Shown: positions 19,851 through 29,968, counted from the stretch's first letter. The stretch is DNA of 64,000 nucleotides from an uncultured archaeon (GCA_964486045.1 CAZALK010000001.1:160001-224000); one strand, 5' to 3'. Made by a program: numbers and translations. The notes: generated by a model from the sequence alone, not told the origin.

Positions 19851-20399
19851 TTATGAAATAGTACCGAGTTTATCTGAAAAGATTTGTTTCTTTAACTCTT
19901 TAATATGTTTCTTTAATTCTTTTTCAGACATCTTCATTGTTTTCTTTGCTAGCTGACTCTCCTCGATTTCTTTCTTGATCTTCATTGCAAACTTACTTAA
20001 TTGCAGAAAAATTACTCCAAGATTCACTTCGTTATCGGTAAGTAGTACAATCAAAATATCACGTTTGCCTTTTTCTTGGATCATTACTTCTCCGATTGAC
20101 TTTACAAATAATCGCATGTCACTATAGATAATGGTGGCTCTTTCAAGACTGTCAGTTTCAAAAAAATCCTGACCTTGTCGTGCGACTCCATATAAAGCAG
20201 CCCCAATTGAGCTTAGATCCCAATAATTTAGTTTTCGGTCAAATCGAGAATCAATCGCTATAATTTTTGCGTCTTGATCTATTGCTATTATTCCGTAGAT
20301 ATATCCTTTCCTAGTTAAAATGCCATAATTATAACGGATATCATCCATTACGTCAGTTATTTTATTTTTATATAATACTTTTGGTATATGGTCTATCAT
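19851..20399 (-). CDS. roadblock/LC7 (MglB-like) domain protein
   Basis: IAIDQDAKIIA..., LSSIGAALYG, IVLLT..VNLG pattern; sits directly upstream of the GTPase. ATG at 20399 fits leaderless spacing (track start 20405). Confidence 0.7.
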   Translation of the reverse strand: MIDHIPKVLYKNKITDVMDDIRYNYGILTRKGYIYGIIAIDQDAKIIAIDSRFDRKLNYWDLSSIGAALYGVARQGQDFFETDSLERATIIYSDMRLFVKSIGEVMIQEKGKRDILIVLLTDNEVNLGVIFLQLSKFAMKIKKEIEESQLAKKTMKMSEKELKKHIKELKKQIFSDKLGTIS

Positions 20400-20420
20400 A
20401 ACCAATCACATTTTTGAGTA

Positions 20421-20435
20421 TATTTAAAGAAAAAA
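20421..20435 (-). promoter_or_regulatory. T-run/TATA promoter element (roadblock-MglA operon)
   Basis: TTTTTTCTTTAAATA; may double as the upstream gene's terminator. Confidence 0.6.
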
Positions 20436-20442
20436 TCAAGAA

Positions 20443-21746
20443 TCAAGAATTAAAGGATCCCACTTCTAATTCTTTTCTTCTTCTGATCATTATTAGATTT
20501 CGATGTCTAGACTCTTTTGAATAGTAGAAATAGGGAATTAACCAAGAAAAAGAGCCGAATAGCCATATAAACAATACTAGGGTTATGGAGAGAGATAAGA
20601 AATTATTTTGAATTAATGTTGATATAAGCAAGTTTCCAGTTATACCTCCGATATTTAGCATTATACCACTTAAGGCATTCACAGTACCCCTTAACTCGGG
20701 AGTAGATACATCTGAATAAATGGCAAATTGGTTCCCGTTGGCAAATGAGATGAAGTAAAAGCCAAAGAAACCCAATAATAAGATTGGATGTACATAAAAA
20801 ATTAACAGTAATAAAATTCCTACAAATAAACCTCCAAATGAGATAATAACCCGAGCTTTTGGTCTTCCCGAACGGAAATAGATGTCTCCTAATTCACCAC
20901 CAATGATCGCGCCTGGTAATGCTCCTATACCGATTATTGTATGTGTCAATATTGCTTCTGTCTCACCTCCTAGTTTAAAAGTTAAATAATAGATCCCCCA
21001 ATTGGTGAGAATAGAAATTGCAATCCCGTAACATAAGACGGATATGAAAATTCCTAAAATAGATTTTGTTTTTAACAATCGCTTAGTATTTGAAATGGTT
21101 ATTTTAAAATTATAATTTGCAGCATCCTTAAAACTCTCGAATTCTGGTTCAGAATCCCCATGTATAGGCTCGTAACCATAGAAAATATAACCCCCAGACA
21201 CAAAATCCCGATAATACAATTAATAATAAAACCAACTCTCCACCCCAAAAAACCTCCTAAAGCAACCCCTAATCCGTTTCCTAAAACTAAACTAAACTGA
21301 AGCATCCCAAACTTTTTCCCTCTTTCTTTGGGAGAATAAAGATCACTTACCATTGAAAATCCTATAGGCAAAAAAGCACCATTTGTTATTGAGGTTGCTA
21401 TGGAGAGGGTTAAAAAATACAAATAATCAGTTGAGAAAATAATGAATCCATTAAAACATATTGAAAATGCATTAGTCAGTACAAACAATCTCTTTTTACC
21501 AAATCGATTAGATAGGATTTCACCAAAATAACCGAATACTAACAGGCTTATCGTTCCAGAGACTAAACGGGATATTATAACTAGTCCAATACCCATCTGG
21601 GTTGTTCCTGAGAGATCTGTAATTAAATTGTCAATGTTACCAGGTAAAATCCCTATATAAAAATATATCGTAAAATAGAGTCCTAAGATAAGGAAAAATG
21701 TCTTTTCTTTATGTTGATCTTTAATTACACTCACCTTTAGACTCAA
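20443..21746 (-). pseudogene. MFS transporter split by a single frameshift
   Basis: Two overlapping ORFs are the N- and C-halves. One extra G in the G5 run (C5 at 21191-21195) would give about 434 aa. Confidence 0.8.
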
Positions 21747-21758
21747 TAGGAGAGAGAA

Positions 21759-21773
21759 TATTTAAAGGAAAAA
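21759..21773 (-). promoter_or_regulatory. T-run/TATA promoter element
   Basis: TTTTTCCTTTAAATA, 32 nt from in-frame GTG at 21734. Confidence 0.55.
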
Positions 21774-21784
21774 TTTATCCACTA

Positions 21785-22366
21785 TTAATTAAGCCCGAGT
21801 TTATTACGCGTTCTATGAAAGGCAAAAGCGGAACAATTACATAAAGCTCTTACATTGGCTTGTTTTATTTTTTTCTCAGAGTGAGAATTGTTTAAGTCAG
21901 TTACATATATTACAATTGCAACTTGAGTCATAAATTGAGGCCAAAAACAGAGATGCTTCAGTTTTGTTTCTAAAATTTGAGCATTTTGTTTAGCCCTGTA
22001 AAAATCAAACACAGGAGCAAGGCGATTGAATTTATGTAAATATATCTTCATCTTCCTTAGATGACTAAGTGGAGTGTACAAAACAGAATTATTCTTAAAG
22101 AATCCTCGCACATATTTTAATTCAGTTAAAAATTTACTCACGACAGAACCGACAATTTTAACAGGAATTTTGGTGGTTCCGGCAATCCCCCTTAGCTCAA
22201 TAAGGGGTAATTCCCTAATCTTTTGGAGTGACGAGAAAAATGAATAATCTCGAAATAAACAATCTAATACGATATTCCTTACGTCGCGCCGAAATTCTAA
22301 AATAGTTCTATTTACAATAGAAGCCTTGTTTACATAGAAATTCCTTTCTACTTGTGTCATCGTCAC
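21785..22366 (-). CDS. basic hypothetical protein ending in a TFIIB/cyclin-repeat-like helix-turn-helix
   Basis: P..MTQVAIVIYVT...KIKQANVRALCNCSAFAFHRTRNKL resembles the last TFB cyclin repeat. Confidence 0.45.
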   Translation of the reverse strand: MTMTQVERNFYVNKASIVNRTILEFRRDVRNIVLDCLFRDYSFFSSLQKIRELPLIELRGIAGTTKIPVKIVGSVVSKFLTELKYVRGFFKNNSVLYTPLSHLRKMKIYLHKFNRLAPVFDFYRAKQNAQILETKLKHLCFWPQFMTQVAIVIYVTDLNNSHSEKKIKQANVRALCNCSAFAFHRTRNKLGLN

Positions 22367-22417
22367 TTAGAATTTTTTGAAAAATGCATTCATTATTACT
22401 TCTTGTAATAAGCTCTC

Positions 22418-22432
22418 TATTTAAATAAAAAA
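22418..22432 (-). promoter_or_regulatory. T-run/TATA promoter element
   Basis: TTTTTTATTTAAATA. Confidence 0.5.
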
Positions 22433-22436
22433 TAAG

Positions 22437-23531
22437 TTATGCAAGATTATCCAAAGTAAGTTGAATAGATTTAGGAGTAATTTTCATTTTTTGAAAATAG
22501 TTTCTACACTTCTCGTAATTGTTTGATAGTTTGGTTAAGTTGTTTTCCACGCGCTCCTTATTTAGATAATGTTCTTCACACAATAATTTTAACACAGTTG
22601 ATTTGTTAGGATAATTCCAATGAATATCATCTATTGAATTATTAACTTCAGGAAATAAAAATAGCTTCCTTACTTTTTTAATTGCTTCTGGAGTTAAACC
22701 ACTAAAGTCATATTTAGCATTTTCTTGAACTATTACATTTTCTATTCGGTTGTGCTTTTTAATAAGAGTTAAAGACTTCTTCGGACCAAGCCCTTTGATC
22801 CCTGGAAAATAATCTGTACCTATTAATATTCCAATATCAACTAACTGAAATTGGTTAATGCTTAACTTTTTGAGTGTTTTTTTTAGATCTATGACTAGAG
22901 GAGTGATTTTTGTATATTTCCATTTCCCTTGAATTTTTCTTCTTAGTGATTTAGAAAGGTTTTGGATCGATAAAGGGCACCCAAACAATAGGGAATCGTA
23001 ATCTTGGGAGTTAGAATATTGTACTATCCGTTGCTTTACTAAATGCGCACACTGAGATTCTGCAGAAGCGGGTGATTCCATATAAGGAATACCTAAAGCA
23101 CCCAATAATTGTTTTGATTCAAGAATGATGTTTTGCCACATGTATTCCTTACTCAAGGCTAATTCTCTCGCAGCACCTCTATTTTCTAATCCAATAGCTT
23201 CCCTGTACCATTTTTGAGCAAATCGAAAATCGTTTAGTTGATCTTTTGTAATTATTCTTTTTAGCTCAGACACTCTCCCATCAAAGCAAAATATTGGAAA
23301 AATCTTCTTGCTATATAAGAAATTAAGACGGTATAAAATCCCGTAAAGATGAGAAATTGGTCTTTGAGTTCGGTCTAAAATTAATTCGGCTTTTGTCCCA
23401 TCTGGATTCTTCCGAGTAAAAGTAAACAAGCCCATTATAATATTAGGGGCATCAATTGCGATAATATTTCCTGCTAAATCTTGATAACTAACAATTTTTT
23501 TTGAGGCTAACTTTTGTAATTTAACTCCCAT
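22437..23531 (-). CDS. fen: flap endonuclease 1 (XPG/FEN1 family)
   Basis: MGV start, IAIDA, PIFCFDG, SAESQCA, SQDYDSLLFG, GTDY.PGIKGLGPKK, C-terminal PIP-like QLTLDN. Confidence 0.9.
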   Translation of the reverse strand: MGVKLQKLASKKIVSYQDLAGNIIAIDAPNIIMGLFTFTRKNPDGTKAELILDRTQRPISHLYGILYRLNFLYSKKIFPIFCFDGRVSELKRIITKDQLNDFRFAQKWYREAIGLENRGAARELALSKEYMWQNIILESKQLLGALGIPYMESPASAESQCAHLVKQRIVQYSNSQDYDSLLFGCPLSIQNLSKSLRRKIQGKWKYTKITPLVIDLKKTLKKLSINQFQLVDIGILIGTDYFPGIKGLGPKKSLTLIKKHNRIENVIVQENAKYDFSGLTPEAIKKVRKLFLFPEVNNSIDDIHWNYPNKSTVLKLLCEEHYLNKERVENNLTKLSNNYEKCRNYFQKMKITPKSIQLTLDNLA

Positions 23532-23554
23532 CTTAAATGATTAGGTAATCAGCC

Positions 23555-23570
23555 TTATAAAAATAAAAAA
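23555..23570 (-). promoter_or_regulatory. T-run/TATA promoter element (variant)
   Basis: TTTTTTATTTTTATAA, leaderless spacing to fen ATG. Confidence 0.5.
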
Positions 23571-23662
23571 CTCATTGACTAAAAGTTAATAATGTTTATT
23601 TCTTTACGTATCACAAATTATACCTACGTATTTAGAAAATCTCCAGAGAGTTAACACTTTAT

Positions 23663-24934
23663 CTATAGATATGAGCCAAACAGGCTATTTCTTTTTGGAA
23701 ATAATGTTTCTATCAATTTCTTTGATGAAATTTTTACTAGAGCATCCTTGATGATGTAATTAATTTCATCAAAAGTTCTATCTCCCAGTAATAGTTTAAA
23801 TAAAAGAGCACCTGGAATACTGAGATCTGTAATTTTAGGGTTCTGATACTCTTTTTCAATTTCAATATTCTGGAGTATTCCATTATCAAAATTTAATTCG
23901 ATAGTATCAATATAATTACTAATTCTTATAGCTTGAGTTAGTCCTTTGAAATCAGAATATTTTACTCTATTTTCAATTATTTTCTTTATTAAATTAAAAA
24001 AGTTTTCAAAATTTGGGATTTTTACTTGCCATCCATAGGTTGAAATAGGTTTTCCTCCTAGAGATTTGATATAACCAAATAATGGTGAATGCTCACTGAT
24101 ACTAAGAGTGATATTATCATTTATATTGTAATTTCCTATAGTTTTGACGAATTGAAGAAAAGTTATCATTTCGCTTTTACTTAAATCTGGACTATAAATT
24201 TCAAAATTTTGATTATCATAACTCATTCCAAAAGAAAAGTAATTAATAGGTAAACCAGTCTCTTCCAAAATATAGGTAGATCTAACCTCTGAATTAAATT
24301 CTTCCTTTAAATATTTAAACTTAAAGCATTCTGGATCAAATCTATTAAAGATATAGAAGTTTTTATGGAATTGGGAGTATTTTGATTCGATAAAGGGAAT
24401 ATCGTTAGAATTAGCTCTTCTAATACTTACATTTTTATATTTCTTATTAGGTATTTTAGAAGCGGGAATCAGTATTCTCTCATCGAGAGATGAAACAAAT
24501 TCATATCCTAAACTACGATAAAAGTACGGTATCCCCGCAATAACTGAAAGAATATAGCCATTTTGGGCCATTATTTTTTTATAAAGCTCATTTAAAATTT
24601 TAATAAAGCCTTTTCCCCTATATCGTTCAAGAGTTCCAACAAACTCCATTTCACAAACGGGTAGTATTATATCTTCAATTTGCCATTCTAAAGGAACTAA
24701 ACAGATAGAAGAAATCAGTTGGTTTTCCTTATTATCTCTAATATATAACCATAGAATCTCACTTTTTCGGGGATATTCTAAAAATATTTGATGAATAAAA
24801 GATTTTAATACCTCATCTTGATGAACTTCCATATTTAAATTAATTATGGCCTTTATTTCCTCCTCATTTTCTTCAGCAATATGAATACTAAAGCGATCGT
24901 CAATTTTGGTGCCATACCCTTTTCCTAATTCCAT
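23663..24934 (-). CDS. Eis-like GNAT acetyltransferase
   Basis: VGTLERYRGKG, GIPYFYRSLGYE, SCP2-like C-terminus. Confidence 0.85.
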   Translation of the reverse strand: MELGKGYGTKIDDRFSIHIAEENEEEIKAIINLNMEVHQDEVLKSFIHQIFLEYPRKSEILWLYIRDNKENQLISSICLVPLEWQIEDIILPVCEMEFVGTLERYRGKGFIKILNELYKKIMAQNGYILSVIAGIPYFYRSLGYEFVSSLDERILIPASKIPNKKYKNVSIRRANSNDIPFIESKYSQFHKNFYIFNRFDPECFKFKYLKEEFNSEVRSTYILEETGLPINYFSFGMSYDNQNFEIYSPDLSKSEMITFLQFVKTIGNYNINDNITLSISEHSPLFGYIKSLGGKPISTYGWQVKIPNFENFFNLIKKIIENRVKYSDFKGLTQAIRISNYIDTIELNFDNGILQNIEIEKEYQNPKITDLSIPGALLFKLLLGDRTFDEINYIIKDALVKISSKKLIETLFPKRNSLFGSYL

Positions 24935-25022
24935 AACCTTGAAAATTTTTAGCCTTATTTCAATCTTTTTAAATCCAATAGTGTAATTAGTTTATTCTCT
25001 TCTGGTAATTTTAGCTATTAAT

Positions 25023-25037
25023 AATTTAAAGAAAAAA
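25023..25037 (-). promoter_or_regulatory. T-run/TATA promoter element
   Basis: TTTTTTCTTTAAATT; longer (~95 nt) distance to the GNAT start. Confidence 0.45.
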
Positions 25038-25192
25038 TGTGAAAGCCTATAATTTTAAATGCAAAATATTAGTAGAAGAAGATTTAATTCTCAGAGATAT
25101 AGACAATTATTGGAACGAAATTTTTCTTTAAAAATCGGTCACCGTCAATCTAGAAGCCAATAATTTCAATAGTTTAGAGAGATCGATTAGAA

Positions 25193-25507
25193 TTATGATT
25201 CAAGATCATCATCTAAGAGTGAATCAGAAAATTTCTTTCTTTTCTCCGAATCCCTTAACTCCTCAAACGCACCTATAAATGAACCCATCTCCCGGCGTGC
25301 TAAAATCTCATCATCGGGGATTTTTCCAATATCGCTTTTCTCAAACTCAAGGGGAAATCCATTATTATCCCTGCATTTAGTACACTCAAATGTTTCCTCA
25401 TATTCAGAGATTTCAGCCGTGTGACATCGAGGACAATAATAGTTCATTTTCATAATTTTAAGATGATTCATAAAAATATGGTTTTCATATAATAATATAA
25501 ATCCCAC
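25193..25507 (-). CDS. small zinc-ribbon protein
   Basis: CPRC...CTKC; start uncertain. Confidence 0.7.
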   Translation of the reverse strand: MGFILLYENHIFMNHLKIMKMNYYCPRCHTAEISEYEETFECTKCRDNNGFPLEFEKSDIGKIPDDEILARREMGSFIGAFEELRDSEKRKKFSDSLLDDDLES

Positions 25508-25535
25508 AGATATAAACCATTTTCATCTTCAAAAG

Positions 25536-25572
25536 TATATAAACAAAAAGCTCTTGCATTTTTTCTTTATAT
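25536..25572. promoter_or_regulatory. back-to-back pair of T-run/TATA promoter elements
   Basis: Minus TTTTTGTTTATATA (25536-25549) and plus TTTTTTCTTTATAT (25559-25572). Confidence 0.7.
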
Positions 25573-25619
25573 GCGTTATATGTAAAAGTCCATAAATTAG
25601 AAAAAAAAAATTCCAAAAA

Positions 25620-25988
25620 ATGAGAAAACAAACCTATTATTTAATTGGCTCTAACGGGAAAACAAGTCGATGGATATATCTTACCTTCTTTTGCATCCTA
25701 GCGTTTATTTTAGTATTCTTCCCTTTTTATGCTGTGAACTTGCGATACCAGTTAGGTTATATCTTCCGGCAAATATTTGATGGTATTGGATGGATTTCTC
25801 TAACCTTGGGAAGCCTACTGACAGCAATAAGTATTTTGAGCCTGTTCACAGGGGGAAGGTCTATGAGGACTAGCACTCTCATAGTAGGGATAGTTTTATT
25901 GTGGATAGGATGTTGGGTTACCGGGTCGGTGTTCAATTTGTTCGGGATAACCATCGGAAATGAACGGGCATCAGGGGGATACCACTAA
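25620..25988 (+). CDS. small 3-TM membrane protein, VirB2/TrbC propilin-like architecture
   Basis: N-terminal TM, amphipathic helix, then two Gly-rich TMs joined by a short basic loop (GGRSMR). Confidence 0.5.
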   Translation: MRKQTYYLIGSNGKTSRWIYLTFFCILAFILVFFPFYAVNLRYQLGYIFRQIFDGIGWISLTLGSLLTAISILSLFTGGRSMRTSTLIVGIVLLWIGCWVTGSVFNLFGITIGNERASGGYH

Positions 25989-26168
25989 TTATACTTCCTA
26001 ATATTAATTATTACGATCCAAACTAAATCTACTTAAAAATCTTTATTTTATAAAATTACTGATTTTGATCATTTTTCAATTAAAAAAAAACAGCAGCATA
26101 CGCAAAAACCGTGGGAAGACCCTAGGGGCAACGTGTCTCAAAAAATCCTAGAAAGTAAAATAATTATA

Positions 26169-26387
26169 CTAGTAGATATGGAAATATTTGATCCCTGTAA
26201 ATGTACCGCATACCCCAAGAAGAATAATGGAGACTACGATAACTCCGATCATTTTATGGCGTTGAAATTGACCTAAAAACATCCATCCGAGGATCCCGAC
26301 AACTAACCCCAGAAACCCCATCATCGAACCTAATGCGATAATAAATTCCATTCCCTCAGCAACAGCATCAAAAAAATTTAGTACCAT
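26169..26387 (-). CDS. 72-aa 2-TM protein, VirB2/CedA1 pilin-like architecture
   Basis: MVLNFFDAVAEG...GFLGLVVGILGWMFLG-QFQRHK-MIGVIVVSIILLGVCG. ATG at 26387 fits leaderless spacing (track start 26408). Confidence 0.55.
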   Translation of the reverse strand: MVLNFFDAVAEGMEFIIALGSMMGFLGLVVGILGWMFLGQFQRHKMIGVIVVSIILLGVCGTFTGIKYFHIY

Positions 26388-26411
26388 AATGCTCTCTGAT
26401 AGTATCAAATC

Positions 26412-26460
26412 TATATAAAGAAAAAAGTAAGAACTCTGAGGATGAATTTTTTCTTTATAA
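26412..26460. promoter_or_regulatory. back-to-back pair of T-run/TATA promoter elements
   Basis: Minus TTTTTTCTTTATATA (26412-26426) and plus TTTTTTCTTTATAA (26447-26460). Confidence 0.75.
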
Positions 26461-26507
26461 GCTCTGATTTTAGGTGAAATGAAAACATAAATAATTAATT
26501 AAATACT

Positions 26508-26825
26508 ATGAGAGAAATTGAGGAAATTGGCACTTGCCCCAATTGTGATTGTTCTCTAATGATTTACAAAACAAATAATTATAAGAGATTCGTCAAATGT
26601 GAGATATGCGGTATGTCCTATCCACTGCCAAAAAGAGGGAAGATCAGTAATTCTGCCTTATTATGCCCTCGGAAAAAAGTACCGGTGTTGATTATTGAAA
26701 AGCCTAAACAGAAAGCGTATTTCTGGGCAGACATGCCCTGTTTTAGTTGTATAGATACCGATAATTGTGAGAGAACTCAGGAACTTATTTCTGAATTTAA
26801 AGAATTGCAGGTGTATGGCTATTAG
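26508..26825 (+). CDS. stand-alone topoisomerase IA-type C4 zinc-ribbon protein
   Basis: IGTCPNC..L.IYKT...RFVKC..C..SYPLP..G.I......CP..., as in archaeal TopA C-terminal ribbons. Confidence 0.75.
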   Translation: MREIEEIGTCPNCDCSLMIYKTNNYKRFVKCEICGMSYPLPKRGKISNSALLCPRKKVPVLIIEKPKQKAYFWADMPCFSCIDTDNCERTQELISEFKELQVYGY

Positions 26826-27825
26826 GAATCATAGAAAAGTAACTACATTGATTTTTTTTGCATCTTTAATTCTTTTCTTTGGTAGTTTTAATATACTGAA
26901 CCGATCTCCTTTACAAAAAAATAATGCTAATCCAAAAATGAGTGGACCAGATCTCCCTGATAAAGTTTATTTATTTCAATCCCCTCAAGATACTCTTATG
27001 CTAAATGATATAGTCCTAGAGCAATATTATGTATATTACCTATATGTTGAAATTGTAACACCATATAACTGCTCGATAAAGATCACTCTTTGGGATCCTG
27101 AAAGTAAACAATTTAATATTTTTGAAAGTGGCCTGTTTGTTGAGCCGGAAGGCGCCAATTATTTTGAAATACCGTTTGGAACCGCATTAGCAGGTGATTA
27201 TGATATTAAGGTTGAAGTTATTACCCTTGGAAATGTAAATGTTTATATCAAGATGGAAAAGGGCCCAAAATGTTTATATGATAAAATTCCGATGGAAGAG
27301 GTTGATGATATTAAGCTTTACCAGGTCACTCGTTTTTCTAATGAAATGAATATTAATCATACGGTACTGTTTACCACCGATTATATGTACAAATTTTACG
27401 TGGGAAGAGTTTCTCCTATCTCGGTAATGGAAAATAATAAAGTACGGCTTGATTTTACTATAAAAGATCCTGAGGGAATTATTTATCCTATCTTCTTAAA
27501 CGCAACTCTTGTAGAAATCGATGATATAGCCCGGTTTAAGTTTGGAACCGCTATTGGTGGTCTCTATACGTTTGATATAACTATATATAGTAGTGTGGGG
27601 TATGTTAATATCGGCTACTCAATTATCCAGATGTATCAGATAGGTGTCGGACCAGAAGTGAACCAGACCGAACCGACTAATAGCTCAACTGTAGTTAATC
27701 GCTATTTTACAATGCCTATCGAATGGACCATAGGGATATTGGGGTTTATGGGAACGATTTCAGCTATTGTCTTAGTTATCTTGTATAAACAAAAAAATAA
27801 AAATGTCATAAGTTCTGATTTTTAA
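26815..27825 (+). CDS. secreted, C-terminally membrane-anchored protein with two beta-sandwich-like repeats
   Basis: Signal peptide from ATG 26815; internal repeat (DPE...IF...FGTA..G.Y twice); C-terminal TM plus basic tail. Confidence 0.7.
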   Translation: MAIRNHRKVTTLIFFASLILFFGSFNILNRSPLQKNNANPKMSGPDLPDKVYLFQSPQDTLMLNDIVLEQYYVYYLYVEIVTPYNCSIKITLWDPESKQFNIFESGLFVEPEGANYFEIPFGTALAGDYDIKVEVITLGNVNVYIKMEKGPKCLYDKIPMEEVDDIKLYQVTRFSNEMNINHTVLFTTDYMYKFYVGRVSPISVMENNKVRLDFTIKDPEGIIYPIFLNATLVEIDDIARFKFGTAIGGLYTFDITIYSSVGYVNIGYSIIQMYQIGVGPEVNQTEPTNSSTVVNRYFTMPIEWTIGILGFMGTISAIVLVILYKQKNKNVISSDF

Positions 27826-27866
27826 ACCGATGACTTTTTGTTTCTACATGTTCAAACAATCGATCT

Positions 27867-27881
27867 CCAAATCTATATATA
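27867..27881 (+). promoter_or_regulatory. canonical BRE-TATA promoter
   Basis: CCAAAT-CTATATATA. Confidence 0.55.
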
Positions 27882-27938
27882 AATTGATTTTATAATTTAT
27901 CTGTTGGACCAAATAAGATATAATTTCTTTCGTGAAAT

Positions 27939-29783
27939 ATGAATAGATTAAACGAATCGGAACATAAACTAGCAGAACGCGTTAAAGAACTTACTTGCCT
28001 TTATAGTATATCTAAACTTATTGAGAATCCCGATATAACTCCAGAAGGAATAATACAAGGAACCGTAAATTTGATCTCGCTTGCATTTCAATATCCTGAA
28101 ATAGTGTGTACAAGAATAAAATTTAAAAATAAAGAGTTTAGAACGGACAATTTCAAAAAATCTGAATGGAAACTCGCTTCCACTTTAACTATAAGAGATG
28201 AGAAGATGCAAATTGAGGCCTATTATTTTGAGGACAAATCCTTTCTCAAAGAGGAAGAATCATTGTTGGAAGAAATAGGCCATCGCATAAAGATAATTTT
28301 GGAACAAAGAGAAATACAGCAAGAATTGAAAGAATCTGAAGAAAAATACCGCACTATCAGTGAACAATCTTTCATGGGGATAATAATTGTTCAAGATCGA
28401 ATGATAAAATATGCAAATGAATATTTACCAAGAATTTTGGGATTTAGTCTTCAAGAAATAACAAAGTGGTCGGTACTAGATTTTTTCAAATTGATTCATC
28501 CTGAAGATGTAAATATTGCGATAAAACGATTTCAACAAATACAAACGGAAAGTACTATTGAATCTAATTCTTACAGAGTATTTACTAAATCAAAAAAAAT
28601 AATATGGATCGACGTAAATTCGAGAATTATTCAATTTCAAGGAAATAGGGCAATTATGGCTACTCTCGTTGATCGGACTATTGAAAAAAGAGCAGAACAA
28701 CAAATAAAGGAATCTGAACAAAAATATAGGCTCATTATGGATAATGCCAATGATTTAATTGCCGTATTTGACCAAAAACTCAATAACAAGTATATGAATG
28801 AGGGATATAAAGAGATATTAGGATATTCAAAAGATGAATTGTATAAGTCTAACGCTTTAGAATTCATTCATCCCGATGATAAAAGATTAGCAATTGAAAG
28901 TTTTCGAAGGGGGCTAAAAACAGGAACTGGTAAGGAAGAATTAAGAGTTCGACATAAAGATGGTACGTACATATGGTTTGATGTAAAAGGAAGTACGTTC
29001 AACAGTATAAATGGTGAATTAAATGCCCTGATTATTTCTAGGGATATTAGCAAGCGAAAAAAGGCTGAGGAAAAGCTAAGAGAATTAAATAATTTAAAAT
29101 CTGAATTTCTGAGAAGAGCTTCACATGAATTAAAAACCCCGTTAATATCAATTAAAGGGTATTCCGACTTAATTCTAAGTCTATATGGTAATCAGTTCGA
29201 GCCAAAAGTTATTGAGTACTTGAATGAAATTGGTCATGGTTGTGAACGTCTTCAGTATATCATTAATGATATTTTAAAATCTTCTCAACTAGAATCAATT
29301 GATTCAAAGCCAGTTTTACAAGAAGAGGATTTATCATTTCTCATAAAATATTGTGTAAATGAATTAGAGCCTTTCGCAATAAAAAGAAATCAATCTATTG
29401 AATTAGATATTCAAAAACAACTAATGCTAAATATAGAAAAAGAAGAAATTCACGACGTTCTTTCAAACTTACTCTCTAACGCAATTAAGTACACTCCCCG
29501 AGATGGAAAGATTGAGGTAAAAACAGAAATAAAAGATGGATTTGTTGTGATATCTGTAATTGATAATGGGATTGGCTTCACGGATGATCAGAAAGAAATG
29601 GTATTTAAACGCTTCGGAAAAATCGAACGATATGGTCAAGGGATTGATTTAGGAATTGATGGAACTGGTTTAGGATTATACATTTCAAAAGGTATTGTAG
29701 AATCGCATGGGGGGAAAATCTGGTTGGAATCAGAGGGATCTCAAAAAGGTACTTCTTTTTATTTCACTATCCCAATTACTTGA
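27939..29783 (+). CDS. PAS-domain sensor histidine kinase
   Basis: Two PAS domains (IHPED, IHPDD), SHELKTPL, NLLSNAIKY, DNGIG, GTGLGL. Confidence 0.95.
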   Translation: MNRLNESEHKLAERVKELTCLYSISKLIENPDITPEGIIQGTVNLISLAFQYPEIVCTRIKFKNKEFRTDNFKKSEWKLASTLTIRDEKMQIEAYYFEDKSFLKEEESLLEEIGHRIKIILEQREIQQELKESEEKYRTISEQSFMGIIIVQDRMIKYANEYLPRILGFSLQEITKWSVLDFFKLIHPEDVNIAIKRFQQIQTESTIESNSYRVFTKSKKIIWIDVNSRIIQFQGNRAIMATLVDRTIEKRAEQQIKESEQKYRLIMDNANDLIAVFDQKLNNKYMNEGYKEILGYSKDELYKSNALEFIHPDDKRLAIESFRRGLKTGTGKEELRVRHKDGTYIWFDVKGSTFNSINGELNALIISRDISKRKKAEEKLRELNNLKSEFLRRASHELKTPLISIKGYSDLILSLYGNQFEPKVIEYLNEIGHGCERLQYIINDILKSSQLESIDSKPVLQEEDLSFLIKYCVNELEPFAIKRNQSIELDIQKQLMLNIEKEEIHDVLSNLLSNAIKYTPRDGKIEVKTEIKDGFVVISVIDNGIGFTDDQKEMVFKRFGKIERYGQGIDLGIDGTGLGLYISKGIVESHGGKIWLESEGSQKGTSFYFTIPIT

Positions 29784-29968
29784 ATTGGAAAACTAAATTT
29801 CAAAATCCTATATTTTTAGTAAACTTATTTCCGTAGAAAATTCATTTTATCGCAATTAACAAATAAATGTTAGTCCTTGATGTTATTTTGCCTGTAAAAC
29901 TAAGATCATTAAATTTGTGGGAAAGTGACAAATGTTTTTAAGGAAACCGTACTTTCCTATTTTTAAAA

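Noticed and set aside
26472-26490. GGTGA followed by mini-ORF ATG AAA ACA TAA upstream of the Zn-ribbon gene
   Set aside because: The SD-to-ATG spacing is too short and the ORF is only 3 codons; cannot be supported.
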